Shown here: positions 23,203-32,767 of the stretch, piece by piece
How positions within the stretch are numbered: position 1 is the stretch's first letter
Layout: each line of letters starts with the position of its first letter
DNA from: Nitrospinota bacterium
GTDB lineage: Bacteria; JADFOP01
Direction of reading: 5' to 3'
DNA: 33,947 bases
Assembly (NCBI GenBank): GCA_022562795.1
Contig: JADFOP010000021.1
Coordinates: 1 to 33,947 of the forward strand
Translations under genes and position numbers: made by a program
The notes under the pieces: generated by a model
Seen by the model: the letters and a program-made list of their open reading frames with translations, nothing else
Told to the model about the DNA's origin: nothing
Database searches by the model: none

Positions 23203-23226
23203 TCCCTGATTCCCTGAATCCCTGAA
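23203..23226. repeat. 3 x 8-bp tandem repeat TCCCTGA(T/A)
   Basis: TCCCTGAT TCCCTGAA TCCCTGAA abutting the ferredoxin SD. Confidence 0.7.
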
Positions 23227-23394
23227 TGTGTCCGTTGGCCCTCGCGGGCCGAGTGATGGAGTGTACCAATAATATGGGGTGGGGACAAGATGTCGGGTAG
23301 ACGGACCTAGCCTCTTGACGGCTCCGGGTCGCTGGCCCACCTTTGAAGGAGATGTCCCGCTCCCTCCTCGGGCAATGAGTGGAAGGAGACAACG

Positions 23395-23760
23395 GTGAGC
23401 CGGACCGTATACGCTTTGGTGGACGACCTCCTCTTCGCCAGCAAGCTCGATACCGCCTCCAGAGGCGTCGGGGCAACAGTGGTCTGCTGCCTCTCCAAAG
23501 ACGATCTAGTCGCCAAAGCCCGTGAGAACACCCCGGACCTCATTGTGCTAGACCTCAACGCCGAGCACCTTGAGCCGATTGAGCTATTGGGCGACCTCGC
23601 GGCCGACGGCGCCCTCGCTCCCATACCCACCGTGGGCTACTGCTCGCATGTGGACACCCATCTCATAGAAGCGGCCGAAGAGGCGGGCTGCGGCGCGGTG
23701 CTCCCCCGTAGCGCATTTACCGAAAACCTCCTCGCCATCCTTCAGGGCCAACCGTTTTAA
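23395..23760 (+). CDS. single-domain response regulator (receiver domain)
   Basis: ALVDD...PDLIVLDLN...IPTVGY; SD GGAG before the GTG start. Confidence 0.8.
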   Translation: MSRTVYALVDDLLFASKLDTASRGVGATVVCCLSKDDLVAKARENTPDLIVLDLNAEHLEPIELLGDLAADGALAPIPTVGYCSHVDTHLIEAAEEAGCGAVLPRSAFTENLLAILQGQPF

Positions 23761-23762
23761 TA

Positions 23763-23846
23763 CTAAGGGGATTGGACAAAAAAATCGCCCCGCTCAACCG
23801 CCTGGATGACCTTGCGGGGCGTGAGTATCGGCAGACGGCGACTCAT
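23763..23846 (-). pseudogene. hicA: truncated HicA-family toxin (27 aa)
   Basis: MSRRLPILTPRKVIQAVERGDFFVQSP*; ATG overlaps the hicB stop (ATGA); ends before the GSH motif. Confidence 0.7.
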
Positions 23847-24097
23847 ACCGCCTTAAGCTGCACCGACACTTTATCTCTGATGGGCTCGGCCGTTTGGTCT
23901 TCGCTTTCAGGCAAGGGGCGGCCCAGTTCTTGAAGAGTTTCCAAATAGCCCTGCAGACAATCGGCCGCCATCTCCCGCGCTTCCTCCAGGGTATCGCCTT
24001 CCGTAACGAGTCCTGGAAGGGCAGGGCACGTGACGACGTACCCACCTTCCTCGGCCGGCTCAAATAGCACCGTGTATGTATACTCGACTGCTTTCAC
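23843..24097 (-). CDS. hicB: HicB-family antitoxin
   Basis: YTVLFEPAEEGGYVVTCPALPGLVTEGDTLEEAREMA; SD AGGAG. Confidence 0.9.
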   Translation of the reverse strand: MKAVEYTYTVLFEPAEEGGYVVTCPALPGLVTEGDTLEEAREMAADCLQGYLETLQELGRPLPESEDQTAEPIRDKVSVQLKAV

Positions 24098-24236
24098 GTT
24101 TTTTCTCCTGTAAAATCTTTACACAACACCTGCGAGCTGGAAGGTTGTAAATTTAACCTCAGCAACTGGAATCTACAACATTCTACCACCGATTCAGCTC
24201 CGAGAGGAAGGGTTTTCGACCCTAGACCTCAAACCC

Positions 24237-24265
24237 TTGCCCTTGCCCCGGCAAATGTCTATAAT
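24237..24265 (+). promoter_or_regulatory. sigma70 promoter for mfd
   Basis: TTGCCC, 17 nt, TATAAT. Confidence 0.7.
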
Positions 24266-24321
24266 TGGCGACCCGGCTTTACCGGACTGTTGGTATTCCT
24301 CGCGAGTTGGTCAAACCCTCC

Positions 24322-27300
24322 ATGACACAAACCCTTAAGACTTTCCAAGAGGCCGCCGCCGAAGCCGTCGCCGGTCTTACCGAGCCTGGCTTCTACGAGG
24401 TGGCAGAGGTCGCCTCGCCCGCTGCGGCTCTCCTGCTCGCTCATGCATTGGTCGTCGCTGGAAGGACCTTATTGGTGCTTACGCCTGAGGTCAGCCTGGC
24501 CGATGAGCTGGTGAGCGACCTCCGAGTCGTCCTCGGCGACGAGGAGGAGCAAGGAGAGGCGGCCTGGCGTGTCTACTCTCTTCCGGCTTGGGATATTCTT
24601 CCCTACGAGGAGGCCCTTCCAGACCGGGAGCTCGTGGGCGAGCGGATGGCGGCCCTTGCCGCGCTTCGGTCGGGGGAGCCCTGCATTGTGGTCGCTCCTT
24701 TGAAGTCGGCCCTCCAAAAGACCCTCCCCGTCGGCCATGCTGCCCTGCTGGGCATGGGGGTCGAGGCGGGGCAGACGTGGGAGCGGGACGAGTTGGTCGA
24801 GGCATTGCTTGCGGCCGGCTATCGTAGGGTGGATGTGGTCGAGGAGGTGGGCGAGTGCGCCGTCCGTGGGGGGATCGTCGACGCCTATCCGCCATTGGCG
24901 GACCTTCCCGTCCGCGTGGAGCTTGACGGCGACAAGGTCGCGAGCCTTCGGACCTTCGACCCGTCTGACCAAAGGAGCGTCGAGCCTTTAGGCGCTGTTC
25001 ACCTGTGGCCGACGAGGGAAGACGGCCTGGCGGGGCCGATTACGAAGATAGCTGCCGAACGTCTTAAGAAGGAAGCCCTTGAACTTGGAGTTGCCCGGAG
25101 GCAGGCCAAGGAGATCGTCGAACGGCTCGAAGAGGGCCAGCCCACCGAGGAGGCGGCCTTCCTCATGCCGCTTCTCACAGAGGGGGCTTCAAGCTTGTTC
25201 GATCACCTGCCTCCTTCGGCCAGGGTTTGTCTCTTTAACCCCGGCGAATTTGGCGACCGGATCGAGGGGGTCTGGGATCAGGCCGAGAAAGGCTGGAGGC
25301 TTGCCCGCGAGGCGAAGAGGCTCGCCTGCCCTCCCGCTGAGCTATACCTGAAAGGGGACGATCTCTTTCGGGCGGCGCGCGAGCGGGCGGGGTGGGCCGT
25401 CTCAAGCCTGCCGCCTGAGGGGGAGGAGGCCGGGGTGCTGCCTCTGAGGTCGGCCTCGCCTGAGACTTTTTTCGGCCGCCTTGAGGCCTTTGGGCGCTGG
25501 GCGGCTGAGCGCGCGCGCGATGGAGAGAGGGTTGGCGTCCTCTGCATCAACGAGGCGAGCGCAGGCAGGCTCCAGGCGGTTTTGTCCGAGTACGATCTCA
25601 ACGTCCCCGTATTAAAACCCTTCGCCGCCCGCGAGCCCTCGCCGCTCGAAGCCCTGGAGGAGCTACCGCCGCTGGCCCTCCTGGTAGGTCGACTTTCGGC
25701 CGGGGTGAGCCTGCCCGTTGCCGGGGTCCACTTGGTGACTGAAGAAGAGCTTTTCGGGGTGCGCAAAATCGTGAGGCGCCGAAGGCTCCGACGGGCCGAG
25801 GCGGTATGGTTTCGAGCCGCCGAGCTATCGCCAGGTGATTTCGTTGTGCACGCGGATTACGGCATCGGCTGCTTCCGGGGCCTGGAGGCTGTTCCCGTCA
25901 AGGGCGATCCGACCGAATGCCTCGTCCTGGAATACGCCGAAGGAGACCGTGTATACGTCCCCCTGGAGCAGTTTCGCCTGGTGGAGCGTTATGTAGGGGC
26001 CGATGGCGAGCCGTCCCTTGCCAGGCTCGGCACGGCCGCCTGGGAGCGGACCAAGAAGCGTGTAAAGGCCGCCGCCCGCGAACTGGCTGAGGAGCTGTTG
26101 GGAGTCGCCGCCAAACGCGCAGCCGCTGAGGGAATCGCCTTCAGCCCCGATGGCGCCTCGCACCGAGAGTTCGCCGCCGCCTTCCCGTACGAGGAGACCG
26201 AGGATCAGGCCCGGGTAATTGAAGAGGTGGCCGTCGACATGGAGTCTCCCAGGCCTACCGACCGGCTCGTGTGCGGCGATGTCGGCTACGGCAAGACGGA
26301 GGTCGCGATGAGGGCGGCCTTCAAGGCGGTCTACGACGGCCGACAGGTGGCGGTCCTGGTTCCCACCACGGTGCTCGCCGCCCAGCACTACCAGACCTTT
26401 CGCGCACGTTTCGCCGCATACCACGTTAACATCGGCATGCTGAGCCGATTTTTGCCCCGAGCTCGCCAGAAGGCCGTCCTCGAAGGCCTCGCCTCAGGAG
26501 CCGTGGACCTAGTCATCGGCACCCATCGTCTTTTGCAGGGCGATGTGGCCTTCGCCAACCTTGGTCTGCTCATCATCGATGAGGAGCAGCGCTTCGGCGT
26601 CGCCCACAAGGAACGCCTCAAGAAAATGCGCTCCGGCGTCGATGTTCTCACAATGACAGCCACCCCCATTCCACGAACCCTGCACATGGCCCTGGCGGGG
26701 ATACGGGACCTCTCGGTCATCGACACTCCTCCTGAGGACCGCTTGGCGGTCAAGACCTACATTAAGCCTTTTGACCCCCGGGTCATCGAAGAGGCTATCG
26801 GCCGTGAGCTTGCCCGAGGGGGCCAGGTGTTCGTGGTCCACAACCGGGTGGAGACAATTGAGACCTTCGCGGAGTATCTGCGAGGCCTTGTCCCTCACGC
26901 CCGTGTGGTCGTTGCGCACGGCCAGATGTCGGAGCGGGCCCTGGAGCGGGCCATGGTTGACTTCCTCGACAGGGCCTACGATGTCCTGTTGTGTACGACC
27001 ATCATTGAGAACGGCCTCGACATACCCAGCGTCAACACCATCATCATCGACCGGGCAGATCGGATGGGCCTGGCTCAGCTCTACCAGCTTAGGGGACGGG
27101 TCGGTCGGGACCGGCATCAGGCCTACGCCTACCTCCTCGTTCCCCCGCCCCGCGCGCTGACGGGAGTGGCCCGCCAGCGGCTTCGGGCCGTCGGGGAGCT
27201 GACGGCATTGGGCAGCGGGCTTCGCCTCGCCGCCCGGGATATGGAGATCCGGGGCGCCGGCAACGTTCTTGGGTCTGAACAGAGCGGCCACGTCGCCGCG

Positions 27301-27837
27301 GTCGGCTTTGAACTCTACTGCCGGCTGCTGGCCGAGGCGGTGGGTGAAATTAAGGGAGAGGATTCCGGGGAGGCCGTCGAGCCGACCCTGAGCCTGCCTC
27401 GGGCGGGAGCCGTTCCCACCGACTACCTCCCCTCACCAACCCAGCGGCTGGAGATATATGCGAGGCTCGGCCGGGTGAGGACGCCATCGGCCCTCGATGC
27501 GTTGAGCCAGGAGGTGCTAGACCGCTATGGGCCGCCCCCGCCCGCCGTTGAAGCGCTCTTCGACGCCGTCTCAGTCCGCTTGGCGGCCCGCAGGCTTGTA
27601 ATCGAGGCGGTTGAGGATTCCGACGGGCGTGTCACCCTGACCCTGGCCGTCTCCAGCCCAATGCTGGGAGGGCCTCCGCCGACGCCCGAGGCCGCCGCGG
27701 GGCTCGCCTGGAGGGCTATCCCCCCTCGGGGCCTCGTCTGGGATGGCACTGGCCTGGCGCCGCGCGAGAGGCTTCAACGACTTAGAAAATCCTTGCAGGC
27801 GATGGCTGAATTTGGTATGAGTGAGGAAACCAAATGA
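24322..27837 (+). CDS. mfd: transcription-repair coupling factor Mfd
   Basis: UvrB-like N-terminus, RID (GDFVVHADYGIG), CGDVGYGKTEVA, DEEQRFGV, QLYQLRGRVGR, TRG motif. ATG 24322 is preferred because the track start 24265 overlaps the -10. Confidence 0.97.
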   Translation: MTQTLKTFQEAAAEAVAGLTEPGFYEVAEVASPAAALLLAHALVVAGRTLLVLTPEVSLADELVSDLRVVLGDEEEQGEAAWRVYSLPAWDILPYEEALPDRELVGERMAALAALRSGEPCIVVAPLKSALQKTLPVGHAALLGMGVEAGQTWERDELVEALLAAGYRRVDVVEEVGECAVRGGIVDAYPPLADLPVRVELDGDKVASLRTFDPSDQRSVEPLGAVHLWPTREDGLAGPITKIAAERLKKEALELGVARRQAKEIVERLEEGQPTEEAAFLMPLLTEGASSLFDHLPPSARVCLFNPGEFGDRIEGVWDQAEKGWRLAREAKRLACPPAELYLKGDDLFRAARERAGWAVSSLPPEGEEAGVLPLRSASPETFFGRLEAFGRWAAERARDGERVGVLCINEASAGRLQAVLSEYDLNVPVLKPFAAREPSPLEALEELPPLALLVGRLSAGVSLPVAGVHLVTEEELFGVRKIVRRRRLRRAEAVWFRAAELSPGDFVVHADYGIGCFRGLEAVPVKGDPTECLVLEYAEGDRVYVPLEQFRLVERYVGADGEPSLARLGTAAWERTKKRVKAAARELAEELLGVAAKRAAAEGIAFSPDGASHREFAAAFPYEETEDQARVIEEVAVDMESPRPTDRLVCGDVGYGKTEVAMRAAFKAVYDGRQVAVLVPTTVLAAQHYQTFRARFAAYHVNIGMLSRFLPRARQKAVLEGLASGAVDLVIGTHRLLQGDVAFANLGLLIIDEEQRFGVAHKERLKKMRSGVDVLTMTATPIPRTLHMALAGIRDLSVIDTPPEDRLAVKTYIKPFDPRVIEEAIGRELARGGQVFVVHNRVETIETFAEYLRGLVPHARVVVAHGQMSERALERAMVDFLDRAYDVLLCTTIIENGLDIPSVNTIIIDRADRMGLAQLYQLRGRVGRDRHQAYAYLLVPPPRALTGVARQRLRAVGELTALGSGLRLAARDMEIRGAGNVLGSEQSGHVAAVGFELYCRLLAEAVGEIKGEDSGEAVEPTLSLPRAGAVPTDYLPSPTQRLEIYARLGRVRTPSALDALSQEVLDRYGPPPPAVEALFDAVSVRLAARRLVIEAVEDSDGRVTLTLAVSSPMLGGPPPTPEAAAGLAWRAIPPRGLVWDGTGLAPRERLQRLRKSLQAMAEFGMSEETK

Positions 27838-28862
27838 CGGTTGGTTATCCCAAAAAATACCAGGAGCGCACCAAGAGGAAAGGATCGAGTCGAAGGCGTC
27901 GGAACGCCTCCTCTGACGTTGAGACGAGTCTCAAACGGTGGTTGATTTGTGTTCTTGTCCTTGCCCTGGCTGGTTGCGACTCCGGGTCTGTCGAGCCGCG
28001 GGGGGCTGTCGCCACAGTTAGCGGCCAGGAGATTACGGCGGAGGCGTTTGAGGAAGCCCTGACCCTGCGGCGGGCAAATCTGGCCCCGGAGCTATTGGCC
28101 AGGCCTGAAGTGCAGTGGGCCCTGGAAGAGAGGGTGCTGGAAGATCTCATCACCCGTCATCTTCTGCTCCAGGAGGCGGCCCGTCGGGGGATATCATCTT
28201 CACAGGAGGCCGTGGAACGTCGCCTGAAGGTGCTGGCCGAGGGTTATTCCTCTGCAGAATACGAGGCTATGCTAGCGGAGCGGGGCCACTCGCTCCAGTC
28301 CTTCAGGGCCAGCCTGGCAGAGGATCTTGCCATCGAACGCCTACTGGAGGAAGTGGTCGGCAGGCCTGAGCCGCCGAAGCCCGGTGTGGTCAAAACCTAC
28401 TACATGAGCCACAAAGGGGAGCTTCATAGGCCAGTTAGGGCCCGGACCCTCCACCTCGTGGTTTCCACCGCCGATGAGGCGAAAAGCGTACGGGAGGCTA
28501 TCCTTGCCGGAGGCGACTTTGCAGAGACGGCCCGTCGCCGCTCCCTGGGGCCCGAGGCGGTCCGGAACGGGGAGCTCGGCTGGGTCAGCCCAGGTCAGAT
28601 GCCGGAGGCCTTCGACGAGGCCATTTTCTCCCTACAGCCTGGTGAGGTTAGCCCGGTTGTAGCCTCCCCGTACGGTTACCACCTCTTCAAGCTTGTAGAG
28701 ATGGTGCCGGCGGGTGTGCCCTCCCTTGAGGAGGCTCGTTCAGAGATCGTCGCCCTCCTGGGGGGCGAGGCCCACGAGGCGCGCTATCGGCAGTGGGTGG
28801 CCGAGCTCCGTGCACGGACCACGGTCATCGTCCACCCGACGGTGGGGGGGCCCAGACGATGA
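27834..28862 (+). CDS. SurA/PrsA-type parvulin PPIase lipoprotein
   Basis: Lipobox LAGC, SurA_N-like helices, GDFAETARRRS...GELGWV...SPYGYHLFK; start uncertain. Confidence 0.88.
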   Translation: MTVGYPKKYQERTKRKGSSRRRRNASSDVETSLKRWLICVLVLALAGCDSGSVEPRGAVATVSGQEITAEAFEEALTLRRANLAPELLARPEVQWALEERVLEDLITRHLLLQEAARRGISSSQEAVERRLKVLAEGYSSAEYEAMLAERGHSLQSFRASLAEDLAIERLLEEVVGRPEPPKPGVVKTYYMSHKGELHRPVRARTLHLVVSTADEAKSVREAILAGGDFAETARRRSLGPEAVRNGELGWVSPGQMPEAFDEAIFSLQPGEVSPVVASPYGYHLFKLVEMVPAGVPSLEEARSEIVALLGGEAHEARYRQWVAELRARTTVIVHPTVGGPRR

Positions 28863-30055
28863 GGCGTGCACAATGTGCGGCGGCCCTTGGTCTGGTTATC
28901 GCCGTGGCTTGTGGGTGCGGCAGGACGGCAACCACGACCACCAGGTTGGAAGATATACCGGCTGCCAGCGGATCTGGTGTACCCTACCGGGGTTTAGCCC
29001 CCACTTTAGGAATCGTGGATGAGGGGCCTTGGAGGATATTTGGGATCGAGCCGCCTGAGCTATTGACCCCTGGATCGGAGGAGCTCCCGCTGCCGTCGCG
29101 CGTTACCGTGTTAAAAGGGGAGCGCCCCAAGACTATCGACAGGGTCCTAGGGAGGGTCAACAAGGACATTATAACCTTGAGCGAGGTCCAGGAGTTGGCT
29201 CAGCCCTTTATAGCGCGCATCCGGAGCCAAGTGCCCCCCGAGCGTCAGGAGGAGGAGATTCGCAGAGTCCAATCAGCCCTGCTCGATCGCATCATCGACC
29301 TCCGCCTTCAGGTTCAGCTTGCCGAGCGCCTCGGGGTGGAGGCCTCCGATAAGGAGCTGGACGAAGCCGTGGCCGACGTGATGGCCAAGAATAACATGAC
29401 TCCCGAGCAGTTTGACCTGCTCCTCGCGCAGGAAGGGATCACCATTGATCAATACCGCGAGAAGTTACGAGAGCAGATCGTTCGCCGCCGAGTATACAAC
29501 TTCGAGGTCGTCTCCCGCGTGCAGGTCTCCGATGCCGACGTGCAGGATTACTACCTCAGCAACATAAAGGAGTTCATCCCGCCCCCAGCGGTGGAGATAA
29601 GCCAGATATTTATAGCCCTGCCGGCCAACGGAGATGAGGCTGCCCTTAGGGAGGTCGACCAGAAGGTTGAGGGCGTCATGGCGGCCCTGGAGCGTGGGGA
29701 ACCCTTGGGGGTGGTGGCCCGAGCAAAATCCGATGACCCCACGGGGTCTCATGGAGGGCGGGTCGGGCGCTTCAAGCGGGGCGAAATGGTCCCCGATCTT
29801 GAAAAAGTAGCCTTTGAGATGTGGGAGGGGGAGATTCGCGGGCCCATCGCCACCGACCGGGGTTTCCACGTCCTTAAAGTTGACAAGCGGTGGGGTGATA
29901 AGCCCCTCCCCCTCGAGCAGATAGCTTCTCAGATTCGGGCCAAGCTATTGGATTTGAAGCGTGAGGAGCGATACAATGAGTTTATAGAGAGTCTGCGGGG
30001 GGACGCCTTTATTGAGCGGGCGGACCTGGGCAAGGCACCCGCAGAGGGCCGCTAG
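28859..30055 (+). CDS. SurA-family chaperone/PPIase
   Basis: IDRVLGRVNKDIITLSE (SurA_N), ARAKSDDP...GGRVG...GFHVLKV; ATG 28859 is coupled to the upstream stop (ATGA). Confidence 0.88.
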   Translation: MRRAQCAAALGLVIAVACGCGRTATTTTRLEDIPAASGSGVPYRGLAPTLGIVDEGPWRIFGIEPPELLTPGSEELPLPSRVTVLKGERPKTIDRVLGRVNKDIITLSEVQELAQPFIARIRSQVPPERQEEEIRRVQSALLDRIIDLRLQVQLAERLGVEASDKELDEAVADVMAKNNMTPEQFDLLLAQEGITIDQYREKLREQIVRRRVYNFEVVSRVQVSDADVQDYYLSNIKEFIPPPAVEISQIFIALPANGDEAALREVDQKVEGVMAALERGEPLGVVARAKSDDPTGSHGGRVGRFKRGEMVPDLEKVAFEMWEGEIRGPIATDRGFHVLKVDKRWGDKPLPLEQIASQIRAKLLDLKREERYNEFIESLRGDAFIERADLGKAPAEGR

Positions 30056-30083
30056 ACGGACCCATACGAGACGAGGAGGAGGT

Positions 30084-30875
30084 ATGGAAGCGCCCGGAAG
30101 GAAAAGCCCGCCAGTCGTCAAGGCCGTGGACCACGCCTTCGAGGTTCTCGAGGCCCTGGGTGGAGACAGCGAGGAGCTGGGGGTCACGGAGCTCGCGAAG
30201 GAACTCGGTTTCTCTAAGAATAATGTTTTTCGCCTCCTAGCGACATTCCAGGAGCGGGGCTATGTCGTTCAGAACCCCAAGACCGAGAACTACCGACTGG
30301 GGCTCAAGGTCTTCGAGATGGCCCAGGTCTACCTCCACAAGAGCGGCCTCATCCGCCACGCCCGGTCCGTTCTCCGCGAGGTGGTGATGAAATGTAATGA
30401 GAGCGTGTATATTTCCATTCTCCGGGAGGGCGAGATCGTCTACCTCGACTTAATCGAGAGCAGACATACGATCAAGCTCATCTCTCGGACCGGCCGCCGT
30501 CTTCCCTCATACTGCACGGCTGCGGGGAAGATTCAACTCGCCTACCAGAGTGAGGACGACCTTGAGCGCCTCTTCAAAGATCGACCCCTCGTGCGTTACA
30601 CAGACAACACCGCAGTCGATCTCGACGCTCTTTCAGAAGATCTCACCCGATGCGCCGAGCTGGGCTACGCCTTGGACAACCAGGAGTACGAAGACGATGT
30701 CAGGTGTGTGGCCGCCCCCGTTAGGGACTACACAGGCCGAGTGGTGGCCGGCATCTCCATCGCAGGGCCTTTATTCCGAATGGATGACGAGCGCATCAAT
30801 GAGGAGCTAGTCCCCCTGGTCGTCGATGCGGCCCGGAAGGTCTCGGCCAAGCTCGGGTATCCGGAGAACGATTAG
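30084..30875 (+). CDS. IclR-family transcriptional regulator
   Basis: HTH LGVTELAKELGFSKNNVFRLLAT; GRRLPSYCTAAGK; GYALDNQE...CVAAPV; SD AGGAGG before ATG 30084. Confidence 0.95.
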   Translation: MEAPGRKSPPVVKAVDHAFEVLEALGGDSEELGVTELAKELGFSKNNVFRLLATFQERGYVVQNPKTENYRLGLKVFEMAQVYLHKSGLIRHARSVLREVVMKCNESVYISILREGEIVYLDLIESRHTIKLISRTGRRLPSYCTAAGKIQLAYQSEDDLERLFKDRPLVRYTDNTAVDLDALSEDLTRCAELGYALDNQEYEDDVRCVAAPVRDYTGRVVAGISIAGPLFRMDDERINEELVPLVVDAARKVSAKLGYPEND

Positions 30876-30955
30876 CCAGTAGCCATAAGCCGGTGCCTAG
30901 ACGTGGGCCAAAACCCCATTCCATGTAATAACTCAGAAAATAAGCGGTTAGATTA

Positions 30956-30998
30956 AATATTCGGAATATTCGGAAAATCGCGGAAAATCGCGGAAATA
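30956..30998. repeat. phased tandem repeats upstream of the pyr promoter
   Basis: AATATTCGG x2 then AAAATCGCGG x2; CGGAA at 30962, 30971, 30981, 30991. Confidence 0.75.
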
Positions 30999-31001
30999 GG
31001 C

Positions 31002-31030
31002 TTGCTTTATCCCTCTTTGTATCGTATAAA
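31002..31030 (+). promoter_or_regulatory. sigma70 promoter of the pyr operon
   Basis: TTGCTT, 17 nt, TATAAA. Confidence 0.65.
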
Positions 31031-31059
31031 AGGGGGGAACGAGTTTCGTTCCGACGTAA

Positions 31060-31093
31060 CCCTTATAAATCTGTCCCGTGAGGCGATTAAGGG
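31060..31093 (+). ncRNA. PyrR binding loop (cis-regulatory RNA)
   Basis: CCCTTATAAATC-TGTCCCGTGAGGC-GATTAAGGG, a stem-loop carrying the UCCNGNGAGGY consensus, upstream of pyrR. Confidence 0.88.
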
Positions 31094-31130
31094 TGATTGC
31101 AGGAGCTAAATATTGCGGCCCCCTTCATAA

Positions 31131-31808
<678 letters not shown>

Positions 31809-31822
31809 GGAGGCGCGTCGAG

Positions 31823-32767
31823 ATGCAGAGGCGGTGGCAGCGCAAAGACCTGCTGGGCTGTGCGGACTTAGAAGACAAGGAGATCATGGCGGTCCTCGAG
31901 CAGGCGGACGCCTTCAAGGAAATCTCCTCCCGGGAGATTAAAAAGGTGCCTACCTTACGGGGCAAGACCGTCATAAACCTCTTCTACGAGCCCTCCACTC
32001 GCACCCGGGCCTCTTTTGAGATTGCGGGAAAGCGCTTGAGCGCAGACGTGGTGAACGTCGCGGCCTCGGGCTCCAGCGTCTCTAAGGGCGAGACGCTGCT
32101 CGATATGGCCCGCAACCTCGAGGCCATGTCGCCCGATGTGGTGGTGGTCCGCCACGCCTCTGCCGGGGCGCCCCACTCCCTAGCCCGCGTCTTGGCCTGC
32201 GGGGTCGTCAACGCCGGGGACGGCGCCCACGAGCACCCTACCCAGGCGTTGCTTGATTGCTACACCATTCGAGAACACGCTGGAAAGCTGGAGGGCCTGA
32301 AGGTCGCCATTGTGGGCGATATCACCCACAGTCGGGTGGCCCGAAGCAACATCTTCGCGATGCGGTCCCTGGGAATGCGGGTCACAGTCTGCGGCCCGCC
32401 GACCCTCCTGCCGGTGGGCATCGAGGCCCTGGGGGTCGAGGCCACATCCATCATGGAGGAGGCCGTCGCCGGTGTCGACGTCATTATGATGCTTCGGGTC
32501 CAGTTCGAGCGGATGGGAATGGCATACTTCCCGTCGCTTAGGGAATACAGCCGGTTTTGGTGTCTCACTTCCGATCGGCTGAGCCTCGCCAAGCCGGATG
32601 TTCTCATCATGCACCCGGGGCCGATCAACCGGGGTGTGGAGATCGCCCATGAGGTTGCCGACGGGCCCCACAGCGTCATCCTTGAACAGGTAACCAACGG
32701 GGTGGCGGTTAGAATGGCCCTGCTCTATCTCTTAGCAGGAGGACGGCGCGATGCGTCTGCTGATTGA
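31823..32767 (+). CDS. pyrB: aspartate carbamoyltransferase catalytic subunit
   Basis: [26 protein letters not shown]. Confidence 0.98.
   Translation: MQRRWQRKDLLGCADLEDKEIMAVLEQADAFKEISSREIKKVPTLRGKTVINLFYEPSTRTRASFEIAGKRLSADVVNVAASGSSVSKGETLLDMARNLEAMSPDVVVVRHASAGAPHSLARVLACGVVNAGDGAHEHPTQALLDCYTIREHAGKLEGLKVAIVGDITHSRVARSNIFAMRSLGMRVTVCGPPTLLPVGIEALGVEATSIMEEAVAGVDVIMMLRVQFERMGMAYFPSLREYSRFWCLTSDRLSLAKPDVLIMHPGPINRGVEIAHEVADGPHSVILEQVTNGVAVRMALLYLLAGGRRDASAD

Noticed and set aside
23192..23476. N-terminal extension of the ferredoxin ORF (160 aa in the track)
   Set aside because: Overlaps the divergent receiver gene; a good SD and the family-typical start are at 23191.
24265..24321. TTG start for mfd
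   Set aside because: Overlaps the predicted -10 box; in-frame ATG 24322 is more plausible.
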